Of a stretch of 64,000 bases of DNA, positions 36,560 through 49,397 are shown piece after piece. Made by a program: the position numbers and the translations under genes. The DNA is taken from NCBI GenBank assembly GCA_965153285.1, contig OZ229114.1; one strand, 5' to 3'. Within the stretch, counting starts at the first letter, position 1; each line of letters begins with the position of its first letter. The notes below the pieces were generated by a model. It saw nothing but the letters and a program-made list of their open reading frames with translations. It was not told the origin of the DNA and did no database searches. The stretch comes from Podarcis tiliguerta (lineage: Eukaryota).

Positions 36560-37688
36560 GCGTTTTGTTAGCGAGGTGCACTATGCAATCCCCTGGCTGA
36601 ACCTGCCATGCCACCACGGCATTCCTTCCGGAGGCTTCCGTCCCGCTGACAGATTGGTGTTCTCTCCCTTTTTATTGCTGCGTGAAATGGGAAAGGTGCC
36701 GGTGTTAATGATTGACGAGGACCAGCCCTAGTAACCGGCCTCCTGTCTGGCCAGAAACGCAACTCTTGTGCGCGCGCAGAGCTGGGGGTGTGTGGGGTGT
36801 GTTGCCTCTCTTACAACCTCCCTTGGCAATCGGGGTGTAAACACACAGTCGTCTTTGTTGCTGAAGTTGGAGAGTCACCGGACTCCTGGTTTCGGGAGAC
36901 AAAAGCAGCCCTTTCCTTTCTCCCTACCTGAAGACAGCTGGGAAGAAATGCTGCTGGGTTCGTTTCCTCCGAGCCTGAAGCTCAGATCCGCTTCCACCTC
37001 CTCTTCCTTAAGCTGCTTTCCTCTCTCGCCCCTGTCTAACAGCAAAGTTATTTACTAACACAGTTTTAGCAAAGCACCCTTCCACATAATGTGCTTTTGC
37101 CTGATTTCTGGCTGCCCCAGTGCCTGCATGTTTAACCAAGACCGGTTAGTATCAAATTACAGGGAGAGGGGGAGAGAACCTGACACCCAAGCTGTGCGCT
37201 TATTTACATACAAATAACTCAAGCGCTTGTCTGTATGTCACCATTCAGTCATCTTGTTAGACTAGGCTTGCCAGAGGAGTTTTCAATCCTATCAGAAGAC
37301 ACCGTAGATTGCGTGGTGTATGTTTCTTTTTGAGGAGATCTTTACCTCCAACAGCAGCTGTCAATTCCTGCGTCTTTAAACTTTTGTTTCGTTGCACATT
37401 TGGAAGAAAATTCGGGTGGCTTTTGTTTTTTGTGTGTGTTTTTTTTGCGAGGTTCGAGAGGACAAAGGCGCACATTTCGTAAAATGCAGGCGCTGGAAGA
37501 GATCAAGATGTTAAGAAGAGCCCAGCTGGTGTGTGGAAAGTGAATATGACCCACAGAGATTAGGCTCTTATACTGGTTTGGAGATTAACTATAAATCGCT
37601 GCTTAAGGACTAATAGGACTAATAGGAATTCTTGGAAACATCAAGAGGCAGGCAGGAAAAAAAAGTTTTATAGACCAGGCGGGTGAAA
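36560..37688 (+). promoter_or_regulatory. Putative internal promoter / 5' UTR of short ANK3 isoforms
   Basis: Local CpG enrichment in otherwise CpG-poor intron; ETS-type CTTCCGG (36625), inverted CCAAT (ATTGG 36653), TGCGCGCGCA palindrome (36769), TATAAA at 37590 about 95 nt before the ATG. The TSS cannot be determined from sequence. Confidence 0.6.
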
Positions 37689-37704
37689 ATGGCTTTCCAA
37701 AACA
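37689..37704 (+). CDS. ANK3: Coding end of internal alternative first exon for short ankyrin-G isoforms (MAFQN-S)
   Basis: gaaaATGGCTTTCCAAAACA|gtaaga: strong Kozak context (A-3, G+4) and consensus donor. Phase 1 joins exon 41238 to give MAFQNSEDAMTGDTDK, parallel to the mammalian short-isoform N-terminus MALP(Q/H)SEDA. Confidence 0.85.
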
Positions 37705-40700
37705 GTAAGACTTTTCTACCTTAGTATTTACTGCGGTGTTCATTTCCCCCCACCCCGATTTTGTGTACTCTTGTGAAAATACCTTGACAAGACTTCTAAG
37801 CTTTTACAAAACTGTTTCTTAAAATAATTGCTCTGTTGCCAGGTTGCAGGGAGAAAGTCGATCTGTTATTTGGTCAATTGCGAGGCAGCAGAGAGCTTGA
37901 AGGGAGTATTTTTAGAACTGATTTGTGGCTTTAAAGTGGGGCCTCGTTTGTGGTTTGCTTTTTAACATTACCCCCCCCCCCCAGGCCAAGGGAATAGTTA
38001 ACCTAAACTCTGCATAATCATTGGGGGGGGTGCAGATACTGCTTCAGGAATGCTCTGTGAAATGCTTATTTTCAGTTGTGCAACTTTTAGGAAATACAAA
38101 TATTTATCCAAAGGGAGGACAAGGGATAATTTTTTGCATTTAGAATTGAGCTGTTGTACCATAAATTGAAAAGGGAGTTGGAAAGGGAACCCGAAAACCT
38201 CAAGGGGCAGTTTTATAATATATTTCCCACTATTGGAATGTAGGTCTGACAGTGACATAATGGGGTGAAGGTGAAGTTGATGGGAGTGCAGTGCTGTTCC
38301 TTAACCCTCCCATTGCTGCACTGCTTTACTTTTGAATTCAAGGGCCAGCTTTTGTTACCTGCAGTATTGTGATAAAAGTTTTATCAAAACAGCAAGGGGA
38401 GTTGCTGTTAAATACTACTGATGCTTTACTTATAGGAGTACAGAGTTGTCAAAGTGGCTCTTATCTAAGCTTGTGTTAATGCAGCACGTGTTTTATTATT
38501 GATTCAAGTATTATACAGGTTTTATATTTTCATTTTTTGAGTTAAACTATTGAAGGGATTACTATGCCCCTATACCCATGATAAAACACATGTGGGATAT
38601 GAAATGGTTACATCTAAACCTAGAGGACTCAATTTACAAGGAAGAACTGTGGAATATTAACATATAATGTTTTCATATTTTCCAGACACTGTCTATTAGG
38701 TTTCCCCCTCAAACTTTTAAAAACACACTCAGGCCCACATCTAAGCTTATATTGCCTTCTAAGCCTCCCAATCCATCACCAGCCATCTCTTTGGCAAACA
38801 CACAGAAACATCACACTCTGCTCTCTGCATTGCCACTGGCTTCTTTATATGAATGTTTAATAGACTGGGGACATTGCACTGGAAGAGGGAACTAGTAGAG
38901 TTCATACACACATCCCCTGCACCTGTTGAAGGAAGTTGTGGAGGGAGCTGTGGGTCTGACTGGGCAAATCCTGCTGGTGCACATCACTGCTCCATCGCCT
39001 AAAGTCTGCACGTTCAGATTTCACTAGAAAGAGTTATACTTGTCTTCTGAAACACCATGCACAGCTTCTTCATGTGAGGAGGAACCTGGTATACATTGGT
39101 GTGTGAGTAGAATTCCTTCTGATGTAGTTTGAATGCATGGAGAACAGAGTGTAACAGCACCACATAGACAGCACCCCCTTCTTGGGAGCAGGAAACGCCC
39201 ATGTATTCCTTATCTCTTTGTAGGCACTATGACCCTCCAGCTGTTGTTGGGCTACAGGTCCCATCGTCCCTGACCATTGGCTAGGCTGGCTAGGATTGAT
39301 GGGTTTCAGCAACATCTGGAGGGCCACAGGTTTCTCAGCCACATTCTGTGGTTAGCACAGCAAAGCAGTTATTGCAAAATTGGACCCTCACAGCTGGAAG
39401 GAAAGTGATTTTGGCTCTGCATGTTGCAAGATCATCTCCTTCCCAGAAATTCTGTGGCATGGAGATCATTTGAAATTTATCTTACTGGGAAAGGTGTTCT
39501 CTTAATTCATCCTTAATAAGAGATGTGTTTGTAGTCATGTGATGCTTTTGTTGCTTGTTATATTTTCATTTATACATGGATCCCTCTCCCCCACTATTTT
39601 AAAATATGAAGTCTTTCTTAAAACCATTAAGCCTTGACAGGTTAAATTCAAGTTGAATATTATAGTTCCTAATCCTGAACTGAAAATTCTGTTGGCCGTT
39701 CTGAAACATGTGCCAATTCTCCCAATGTTTTTAAATCATTCCTGCTGTTTTTGCAAGAAGGATTTTCATACACCAAGTAAGACTAGGGTGCAGTAGCATT
39801 AATCTCTTAAACATGGTTACACATAGGAGTGGGCTGGTGAGAAGGCGCATGAACTCTCCTCCACACACAGGCCTTAGCCATGGTTAAGAGTTATGTTGGT
39901 ACTGACCACAACCAGGATCTGAATCTGGTTTCAGAACCCTGGTTAATGGAGAACTCTGGTTACCCTTAGTTATGCTTATAGACAATGCTGATATGCTTTA
40001 AAGCTTGTGAGAAGGGGGATTTGAGCCGGGGGGGGGGGGAGGGCAGGAGGAATAAGCAGGTGGTCTCACACCTTGCTCCCTTAGCCATGGTTAAAGATGG
40101 GCTGCACTGTACTGTGGTCTTTATACAGTCTAGAGACCACAACCCCCATGATATAGTGCTAATGGGAGCACAGCAGGCATGTGTTAAGCGACATATACCC
40201 TTTTAAATAAAGAATAATACTGAATGACATTAAACTGGAATTCTCTGAAATTTAGTTGATGGGTCAAATTCAGGAACTGGGACAGCAAAGTGGGAGCATT
40301 TGAATAGCCACAGGTTTGGTCTTTGGCTTCTTTCCCATTACATTCCCATCTGTCTAATACAGATTGTGTGTTTACTGGGCGGGCAATATTTCTGTCTTAG
40401 TCAGGGCTTTGCAAGCTGCTGACAACAGATAAATGGCCAATTGTCAGAATAGTCAAGTTGTAGCAGCAGACCTGGGCCAGAATCTGCCCCGCCCTTATCT
40501 TTACAGTAATGAAGACCACCACCCCACCCCACCCCACCCACACATAATTCAGCTATAAAGCTAATAAAAGAATCAATGTGAGTAGCAAATGAATGTTTTT
40601 GAACCAAAAGGGTGAAATGTGCAGCTTTTTGTGGGTCTTTGTAGGTGGGTAGGGGACGGATATATGAGAAGTTTCGTTCAAAAAGGCTATAGATTAGGGC

Positions 40701-41237
40701 TCAGCAACTGGATGCCATTAGGCTGAATCCAGCCCTTTGAGGGACTTCTTGTTTGTTTTGCCTCAGATGCCAACTTAGAAAGGTGAAAGAGTAATATAGA
40801 GGGAGCGGAATCTTTAGTAATGGGATGAGCCAGCGGGCCATTTCAGAGGGGTGGGGTTGTCACCTCAGTCCTCCCACGAAATCCGTTTTTTTGAGCACAG
40901 GGTGTTAACATGCTAAGGAATGCCTTCCATTCAAGTTACTTCTGTCTGTCTGAGGCTGTTAGAGTGATTGGACTAGCATCACACCTGATATAACCTGCTA
41001 AACTACTGGATTTACAGGGATAAATGTCATTCTTTGTGCTTATATATATATTAACATCTTAAAGGGTTTTTCTTGCTCTCCCTTTTTTTTTTTTTAAGTT
41101 GTGCAGATAACATATAGTTGGCATTTATAATACAGGGGATGCACTGAGTTCACTTTCTAGCAACCTTACTGAAGGACAGCAGGCATTTCCTTTGGCTGTG
41201 TGTAGCTTCTGATTTCAGCCTGCTTTTGTGCTGGCAG

Positions 41238-41361
41238 GTGAAGATGCAATGACAGGAGACACGGACAAGTATCTTGGGCCGCAGGATCTAAAAGAACTGG
41301 GAGATGATTCTCTGCCTGCAGAAGGATACATGGGCTTCAGCCTAGGAGCCCGATCTGCCAG
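41238..41361 (+). CDS. ANK3: ANK3 linker exon (124 nt)
   Basis: ggcag|GT...GCC AG|gtattc; GEDAMTGDTDKYLGPQDLKELGDDSLPAEGYMGFSLGARSA; phase 1-2. Confidence 0.97.
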
Positions 41362-43679
41362 GTATTCAGCATGTTCTTCACATGTTCAATATAATATATA
41401 CACCCATGCAGTGCATTTTATCACTGGAGAAATGAAGCAGAGTTCCATAATTTGGCTGCCTGATTACTCTGTCATTCAAACATGCATCTGCTATTTGGTT
41501 TCATGCTTCTCTCTGCCCTCTGTGATGGCTTTGTTATGGCAATAGTTGAAAGCAGATTAATTCTTCATGTTTTCTTCTTCGTCTGGTATCTGCTCATGCT
41601 CTAGATATGTCAGAAGTGTTCCTTTGGAAACAGCTGGAAGCCTCTATCTATGAGCCAGACCATTTAGTCCACAACGAACATGTAGCCAAGAAGGGGGGGG
41701 GGGGGAGGCTTTTGTTCAATAATTTGATTATAATACTTACTGACACTAATTTTCTTTCAAGAATGAAAATGACATAGATTCATGCCAGAAAAAAATGAAA
41801 GATGGTTGTTTGGCTAATCCAATTGCTTCACTTTCCCAAAAGGTGCAGATGGAGAATAATAATAAAAAAGTTTAAATCTGTTTGCAATTGTTTGCATTGC
41901 TAATTGCTGTCTTAAATCCTTTGCAGTGTTTTGTTACCAAAGGAACAAGCAGTTTTCTTGCAAGGGAGTAAAATAGGTCACAGTTTTTTACATGAGTGAT
42001 TGCTATCTTTGCACTTCGAGACGTTCAGTCATTCATATTATTGGGAATTTCTGGTTCAGATATCTGGCTTGCCTAGCGTCTAAAACAAACAAGGCTCCAC
42101 AAGCAACTGAAGAGATTATTTTCATGGTTGTGGATTAGCAGCCTGTTTACTGACAGTTGAATTATTTTGAAGCTAATAATTAAACCTCACAAGCCTGAGC
42201 CCTGAGGACTTTTTCCTATAGCTTAATGATCTGTTGTAAAAAGTTCTTCCATTGTCTAACAGGGAGTGGCACCTCCCACAAGGTAAAACTTGGATGTTTG
42301 CATCTTTCAGTCTTGATTGTTGTGACTGCATTGAGTACAGAAGCAGCATGCACCCTAATTTTGCACTGTAATCTCTTGCTTTGCCTGTAAAACCTCTTTG
42401 GTCATTTAATCAACTTCTTTTTGAATTATATGTGAAGAATAGCTGTTAAACAGTACTATGTTGAATTTTAGTCATCTGTGTTTAGTTGCCCAAATAACAT
42501 AGAATTCAGTTGATTAAGCTACTTACGTGTGTACTTATTCTGTGAACTGTATTCTGTGGTTTTAACAAATACTCTTAGTAGTAATCTACTAAGTAGTACC
42601 TAGTGAATCAGTGACAGCTCCGCAGACCCACATATCCGTCAGATATTAATGGGATGTTAGCACATCATAGTAACTGTTTCCAAGAGATCGGAAATCCTGA
42701 GTGTACTTTGCTCATCTTTGACTCCTCGATAAAACCTTAAAAAGTCGCATACTTCTGATTTAACAGTACCATTATTTCTCACTATGTAGCTCATGTTTAC
42801 ATCTGCAATATATTACATGTGTGTTACACTCAGATGAAGCGAACTGATATTCAAACGCATCTATGAACTCCAGACCCCAGATTGACTTTACTAGGTTAGA
42901 TGTGCTTAAGTGTGTTAAGGATTGGAATTTTTAAAAAACAAAAACAAAACATTCCATATCAAACAATGGCATTGAAATTCACTACTTTTTAGGGAACTTT
43001 CCACATCGACTTAATCTGCCACAGAACCTCTGTACATCGCAGATGATTCCAGATCATGTTCTAGAATGCACGCTTCCTTGCATACCTGCCACCCCACATG
43101 AAGAAGTGTCTATCCTGGAATAAAAACAAGCAAACCAACCAACCACCCCTGTTGCCACTGTGCACTGCAAAGGAACATACCAAGATGTGCAATTTGTCCA
43201 CCTAGCCCATCTTTCTGCACTGGCAGGCAGTGGCTTGCTAGCATCTCATGAAGAGCTCTTTCTTATTGCCAGCTGTTGCTTTTTAACTTAAGATGCCGAA
43301 GTTTCAACCTTGTGACTTCTTGCATGCAAAGCTTGTGCTCTAATGCTGACCTACAGCATCTCCCAATAGTATAAGGAGGAGCGTTGGGGAGGGGAACCTG
43401 TTCCACCAAAGCGTCTCAGCCATTGCTGATCTTCTTAATAAGGAAAAGAACTGGAGGGGACCTGGGATCCCCTAGATGAATACAGTTTGAAAGCCACTAC
43501 AACCCTTTAACTATAGCCAAACACCTGCGTAGATTTCTGAGTGTAACATAACAGAACGAACCACATTGAATGTCTTAAGTCATCCAGCCATGGCATTGTG
43601 CTTTTTCCACTGTCTGATTCTTTGCTTTCTATCTCTCCTTGTTTCCCCCTCCCCTCCCTGTACATTTCTTAAAAAATAG

Positions 43680-43691
43680 TCCTAAGGTCAG
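43680..43691 (+). CDS. ANK3: ANK3 12-nt microexon (inserts SPKV)
   Basis: aatag|TCCTAAGGTCAG|gtaaga; 90-nt AG-free pyrimidine-rich tract upstream, consensus donor; phase 2-2 gives ARSA-SPKV-SLRSFS. Confidence 0.82.
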
Positions 43692-45750
43692 GTAAGAAAG
43701 CATGGCACCCTTGTGACATTTCTCAGCTTTTGCCATTCATCATTTATTTATTTTTATTCAGCATTGTGATGTGATGTGACTTTTTCTGTTGTGTCTCATG
43801 TTAGATCATACTATTTTGGTTACTGCCAACGTAATATATGACCTGATTTCATTGAATACATGTTTTGAAGGGGGAGAAAAGATGATGGGGGAGGGAAAGT
43901 TGAATGTTTTTAAAGACCCAGGGCCCAGGTGGAAGTTGGTGGAGCTGAGCACCGGGAGAAACGTTCTAAATGCAATATATACTGGGGTGGAATCTTGGGG
44001 GGAAATTATTAAGAAGTGCAAAGTGCATGTCGTAAGTTGTTAAAGGTATATACTGTTGTTTAAAAAAACCCCTAGTTTAAAAGCATTTTTGTTTTGCTGG
44101 ATGCAATTATTTTCTTTGACATTTTTCTTCCTTTTCAGTTGCAATAGTAAGCATGTCTGAATGCTGGCATGTTTTCTAACATATGCTCCATGTAGCTTCC
44201 AGGGTTAATGTGTGTGACACATAGACTCAACATTTTCCTGGGTCTCAGTATATTCAAATTGTTTTCCTCTAAACTCCCAGAGAAGGAACGAAGGCAGGAA
44301 ATGATCTAGATCAGTATTCATTTAGCAGATTTCAAGTGTTCAAAGTTCTTCCCGTACTTTATTTTAGTAATACTCAGAACAGCCTTGTAAATTAATCCAG
44401 TACCATTATCTCAATACTGCTGATGGGGACACCCAAGGCTGAGAGAATGATGCCTTGACTAAAGCCATTTAGATCGTTTGTAATGAAGCATGAGAGACCA
44501 GTGCTAAATCCAGTGCATTTCTTCTGTGCTTTTTGTGTAATGTTTTTATGGCCAACCTAACTTACAGTGAGTCAGCCAGAAGAGGCAGCCGCAAGCAAAC
44601 TGTGGGGCTAGGATGAGCTTTCTTCTCTGCCACAAAATGAACTGCGCAGAATGCCCACCTCTCAAATAATAACCATTCATATAGAGTGTTGATTTCCTTT
44701 TTCTAGATCACCGTAATTTGTGCACCATTGGAAAATGCTGTCATTTTTGTGGAGAATCAGTACAGACTGATCTCTGCAGCTATAAGAAGTTTCTGTGCCT
44801 GTAATATAGCTCCTTGCTGGAGGGAGATTTAACAAGCCCAGCTTTTCTTATTACTGCATCCTTGCAGTGGTAGAAATCACAGGTTCCAGAGATATCCCAG
44901 GTGCATGGTGATCAAAAGCAAAGGAGCCCCTTCAGGCTAGGGGCTGTCAGTTCCTGAGATGGATTGGTTTTGTTCTAAGCTGTAATACACTTTAAAGGAG
45001 GCCAATTTAGGGATAAGATGAGCCTTCTACTCCAGATGTAAATTTTAGCAAAAGTCGCTGACAACAGTGGCAGCAGCACACTAGTGCAATCAGTACACTG
45101 GATTTATCTACCCTTTGATAATGAGGTCTCTTAATTAACAGAGGGGAGGGAAATAATAAATATGCATTTGTGTGAAACTGGGCTAGCTAGAAAAGTCAGA
45201 GGTCCTAGGCCATACAACCATAAATCCCTCATAGAAACCAGCAGCATTTTAGAAAGTCTCTGTTCATGCTAATCACACTTACTAGGGAGTCACATTGAAC
45301 TCAGTCACACTTTGAGTAAACATGCTTTGGATTGCACTCCACATTTCCTGAATATATTTTTACTACATTTATCTAAAATCCAACTATATGTTATCCTGAT
45401 TTTAAGTGAATCAGTGCAATCCCTTGTCTGTCTACTAATAAGAAAATTCAATTGTGTTCAGTGGGGCTTACTTTCAGGTAATTGTGTTCAGAATTGCAGC
45501 CAATGGGTTGGATACCAATATTCCTTTATTATGACAAAAGTAGTGGGTGGAAATTTTGGATCCAACACATTAGAGGAAAACCTCTTAAAAATTGTGGTAC
45601 AATTCCTAGCATACTTTAAAATTCTGTTTCATCAATCATATTCTGTTTTATTATCTTTCACTTGTTCCCTGGAAGTTGCATGCATTAATTTTTCTTTTGT
45701 TCATCTCATTGTCATCTTCATACTCTGTGGTAAATTGTAAATACAACCAG

Positions 45751-45853
45751 CCTCCGCTCCTTCAGTTCGGATAGGTCCTACACTTTGAACAGAAGTTCTT
45801 TTGCCCGGGACAGCATGATGATCGAAGAACTCTTGGTGCCCTCAAAGGATCCG
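45751..45853 (+). CDS. ANK3: ANK3 linker exon (103 nt; alternative acceptor at 45766)
   Basis: aaccag|C CTC...CCG|gtgagg; SLRSFSSDRSYTLNRSSFARDSMMIEELLVPSKDP; phase 2-0. Confidence 0.96.
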
Positions 45854-48246
45854 GTGAGGTTTTTTTATTGATTCTGTGGTTTGGAGCATTTTATAGAAAT
45901 AAATAAATGTTTTACCATGCAGCTTAGCCTCTCCTGCTAGAACATACATTATTTATGTTACAGTAGTGGGGTTCTGAAAGTTTTTTATTTATCAATTATT
46001 TCGGTCAATCAAAGTTGAAATTTTAATAATAGAATCAAGCATCAATCGGTCAATCATACCAAGTAATCCATTGGAATTTACAGCCCTGGTAATGGTACTT
46101 TCTCTATCAATACTGATATTATTGCCCTGTGTTTCAGAACAGTAGAAAAGAATGTAGAATTAATGTGAAGAGCTTTTCTGAATTAATACAGAGTATGTGG
46201 TTTATTGGCAAGGCAAAAGAAGATGGTTTCTTTTCAAAATCTGTAAACCATATATTGGGTATAATTGAATATGGTAGGGTTAGAGACAAATTTAACTTGA
46301 GAAACAGTGTTTGAACGCTACTTTTATACTGCTGAAATCTACAGGGCAAAATCAGTGTGGCTGCAATAAATTCGAGATTGGTTATTCAAGCTACATATAA
46401 TTGCAGTTGTTTGCCAGCTTGGGAAAATTTCAATAAATAACAGTGTTTTCTTTCTCTGCTAAGTTAGTATTTTTAAAGGATGTTGGAGTTAGCTTTTGCT
46501 TTATATCACAAAAGACCACAAAGCAAGGATGACTGACATATTGGTAAATGTGTTTGACCTATCAGAGTAGGGCAGTATCTGGATTTTGCATGCAATACAA
46601 TAAGATTATTTTACATTGAATAGCCAATTTCTCTTTGGGAAAAAGGCATGTCCAATAATAGACAAGGCTTCTTATTTGTGTTAAATTGCTTTGCAATGGC
46701 CATCCAGGTAATTATCTTCTTCAAGATATACCACTGATGTTATGTGTTCTTCTTAAACTGGTTTTCTTGGAACATTTTTCTTGTTACAAGAGACAAAAAC
46801 TTAGGATAGACGGCAACAACTGTCTCTGTCTGAGATGAGTCTGTAGTAGTGACACCTGCATGTTGCCAAAACCTGATTGTCTAACTAGCATTGTGATGTC
46901 ACCACATCGCCAGATGATCTCCAATTGGCTGGGATTATGTAGTTGCCTTTGTCCAGCCCCTAGTGCCAAGCATTACTGAAAAGACCAGAGAGCAGTCCAG
47001 TCTGTGCGTGGGGGGAAGTATGTCAAAGATGCAGGTTGCTTCCCACCTCGAGAGTCACACCAAATTAGGAACTGAGAAGGATGTTGCTGCCGCAGTGGCT
47101 GGGATCTGGAGCACATAACAGTTCATGGTTCCTTCTTCTGAGTAGGGTGCAGTGATAGAACACCACATGCTGTTGGGTAGGCATTTTACAGTCTGGGCTT
47201 TAGTTTGGATTCATGACTGTTTTTGCTGCTGGTGTCTCAAGGGGGTGATTGGTGAGAGGTTCGGCATGGGAGGGGAGGGTGAACAGGCAGAATAGGTCAC
47301 CCAATTTTGCAGACTCCCCCGGTGGCACATCTTCTAAGATGGTGATCTCTGGGAATTGTACCTGTCCTCTTGGTCTCCGCATGTGTTAGGTCTGGGGTGG
47401 GGCTCCTCTTCCTCTGATGGTAATGATTGGAAACACTCTTAACAGTGGGGTTTAGGAAAACTATTTCGGCCTCCTACCCAAAGTCCAATTTACTTCCTTT
47501 TATAAACCTACCATTTACTGTTCTGCTGCAAATTTTACGACCTCCAGGCTTCTTTTTGCTTCTCTCTCCTTCCTTATTGTCTCCCACTATTAAATTGTTA
47601 GCAGAGTTTGGTCTTTTTATTTAAAAAAACAAAACACCTATGCATGCTGCTTAGTTTTGAGAGGCTGCAGATGAAACATTTTTGGAGTGTTCATTCCTTT
47701 TCAGGCTATATTCTACTGACAACTGCATGAATATGCCAGCGTATTTCTTTTGATTAAAAGAAGTTTCACCCAGACAGTCAGAATATATAGCAGCTGGATA
47801 TCCAATTCTCATGCTGTAGAATAGGGTGTGTCTTTACAGATTGCTGTTTTCTACAGGGAATATGAAAGAGTCCTTAATTCCCTAATGAAAGGGCTTTAAG
47901 AGAAGTGGCATTCATTAAAAGTTTAAATGTAGCATTCTTGTGCAGTGACCTGGATAGCAATATTTTGGTATTCCTGTCGTGCTTAGCAGGCTTGTGTGCC
48001 CACAGTGGCTTTCAGTATGCTTGAATTGCTATTCCTGACTTCCCTGATTTTGGCAGGAGTGGCAAATCTTAATTTTAACCCTCTTGTGAAGTGGATCATA
48101 TTACCTGTAATCTGCTGACATGGGGGTCAGGTCAACCACAAATAAGCCTTAGTTTAAAACAACAGCAATAACAACAAGAAGAGATGTATTTGGCAATGGT
48201 TCCAGTTTAATGTGAAATAGGAAAATGCATTTAGGATTGTTTACGG

Positions 48247-48454
48247 CAGAGCTTTCCAAACTTTTCATGTTGGTGGCACACTTTTAAGACATGCATCATT
48301 TTACGACACCACCATTCAGTTTTACGAGCAAACCAGAGGTTAAACTAACCCCTTTCCAGCCCCGGGAGGAGCCCAGCGAGCTTTCACACGACACAACTTC
48401 ACACTGCAGCTTACACACTAACGTGTCGTGTGACACGCAGTTCGGAAAGCTCTA
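48247..48454. mobile_element. hAT MITE
   Basis: TIRs CAGAGCTTTCCAAACT / AGTTCGGAAAGCTCTA; 8-bp TSD GTTTACGG / GTTTACAG. Confidence 0.85.
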
Positions 48455-48580
48455 GTTTACAGTATAGGGGCTAAAGGTATACAGGAATGGTCTGTAATAA
48501 TCCTCCGTGTTGATTTCTCAAAGCTTCCTTCCTTCAGCTAAAAACCTCCAGTATTTATTCATTTTTTGAAATAGAAAATA

Positions 48581-48822
48581 CAGTAGAACCTTGGGTTACA
48601 TACGCTTCAGGTTACATATGCTTCAGGTTACAGGCTCCACTAACCCAGAAATAGTACCTCGGGTTAAGAACTTTGCTTCAGGATGGGAACAGAAATCGTG
48701 TGGCAGTGGCACGGCAGCAGTGGGAGGCCCCATTAGCTAAAGTGGTGCTTCAGGCTAAGAACAGTTTCAGGTTAAGAACGGACCTCTGGAACGAATTAAG
48801 TACGTAACCAGAGGTACCACTG
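48581..48822. mobile_element. Tc1/mariner (Tigger/pogo-like) MITE
   Basis: TA-CAGTAGAACCTTGGGTTAC ... GTAACCAGAGGTACCACTG-TA; closely similar to 53114-53355. Confidence 0.88.
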
Positions 48823-49092
48823 TACTGAATACATAACACTTCTTACCTAAACTGCTGCATGAACACACAATTGTTAATGAGGTATTTAATAAGAGATTTC
48901 ACCCAGTTACTGAAAGGTCATTTTTTCATTTTTCAAATCCACTTTAATTGGACTCAGACGCCCACTGTGCTTTTTTAGTTTTAGTTTTAGATAAACACAC
49001 ACACACACTGAGGGCACATGGGCAAGCTAGAATTCAATAGAACTACACTCCCTGTGCTATAGGAAGATATGTGGCATATGAACTGCCCTAGA

Positions 49093-49397
49093 TAGGAACA
49101 CACAAAGCTGCCCTCCACTCAGACCATTGGCCCATCAAGCTCAGCATTGATACCAGGGTTTCCCAAAGATTGATCTCCAGCTGTTTTTGGACTACAACTC
49201 CCATCATCCCTAGCCATCAGGACCAGTAGTCGGGGATGATGGGAAGTGTAGTCCAAAAACAGCTGGAGACCAATGTTTGCCAAACCCTGGCACTGGCAGG
49301 CATTTCAGACAGGATTTCCCAGTCCTGCCTCTAGATGTCAGGGACTGAACCTGGGACTTTCTGTGTGCAAACTCTGACACTGAGCTATGGCTCTTCC
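49093..49397 (-). mobile_element. tRNA-derived SINE (Squam3-like) interrupted by a hAT MITE; related copies near 30036-30115 and 43170-43364
   Basis: Reverse strand gives a GTAGCTCAGTG...GTCCCAGGTTCA tRNA-like head and a CR1-like tail. Confidence 0.65.
49154..49289. mobile_element. hAT palindromic MITE nested in a SINE
   Basis: TIRs CAGGGTTTCCCAAA / TTTGCCAAACCCTG and a long internal inverted repeat. Confidence 0.88.

Noticed and set aside
25142-41237. Orthologue of the additional short alternative exon that mammalian ANK3 has in this intron
   Set aside because: Searched by eye and not found; it may be absent or too diverged. A TBLASTN search with the mammalian peptide would decide.
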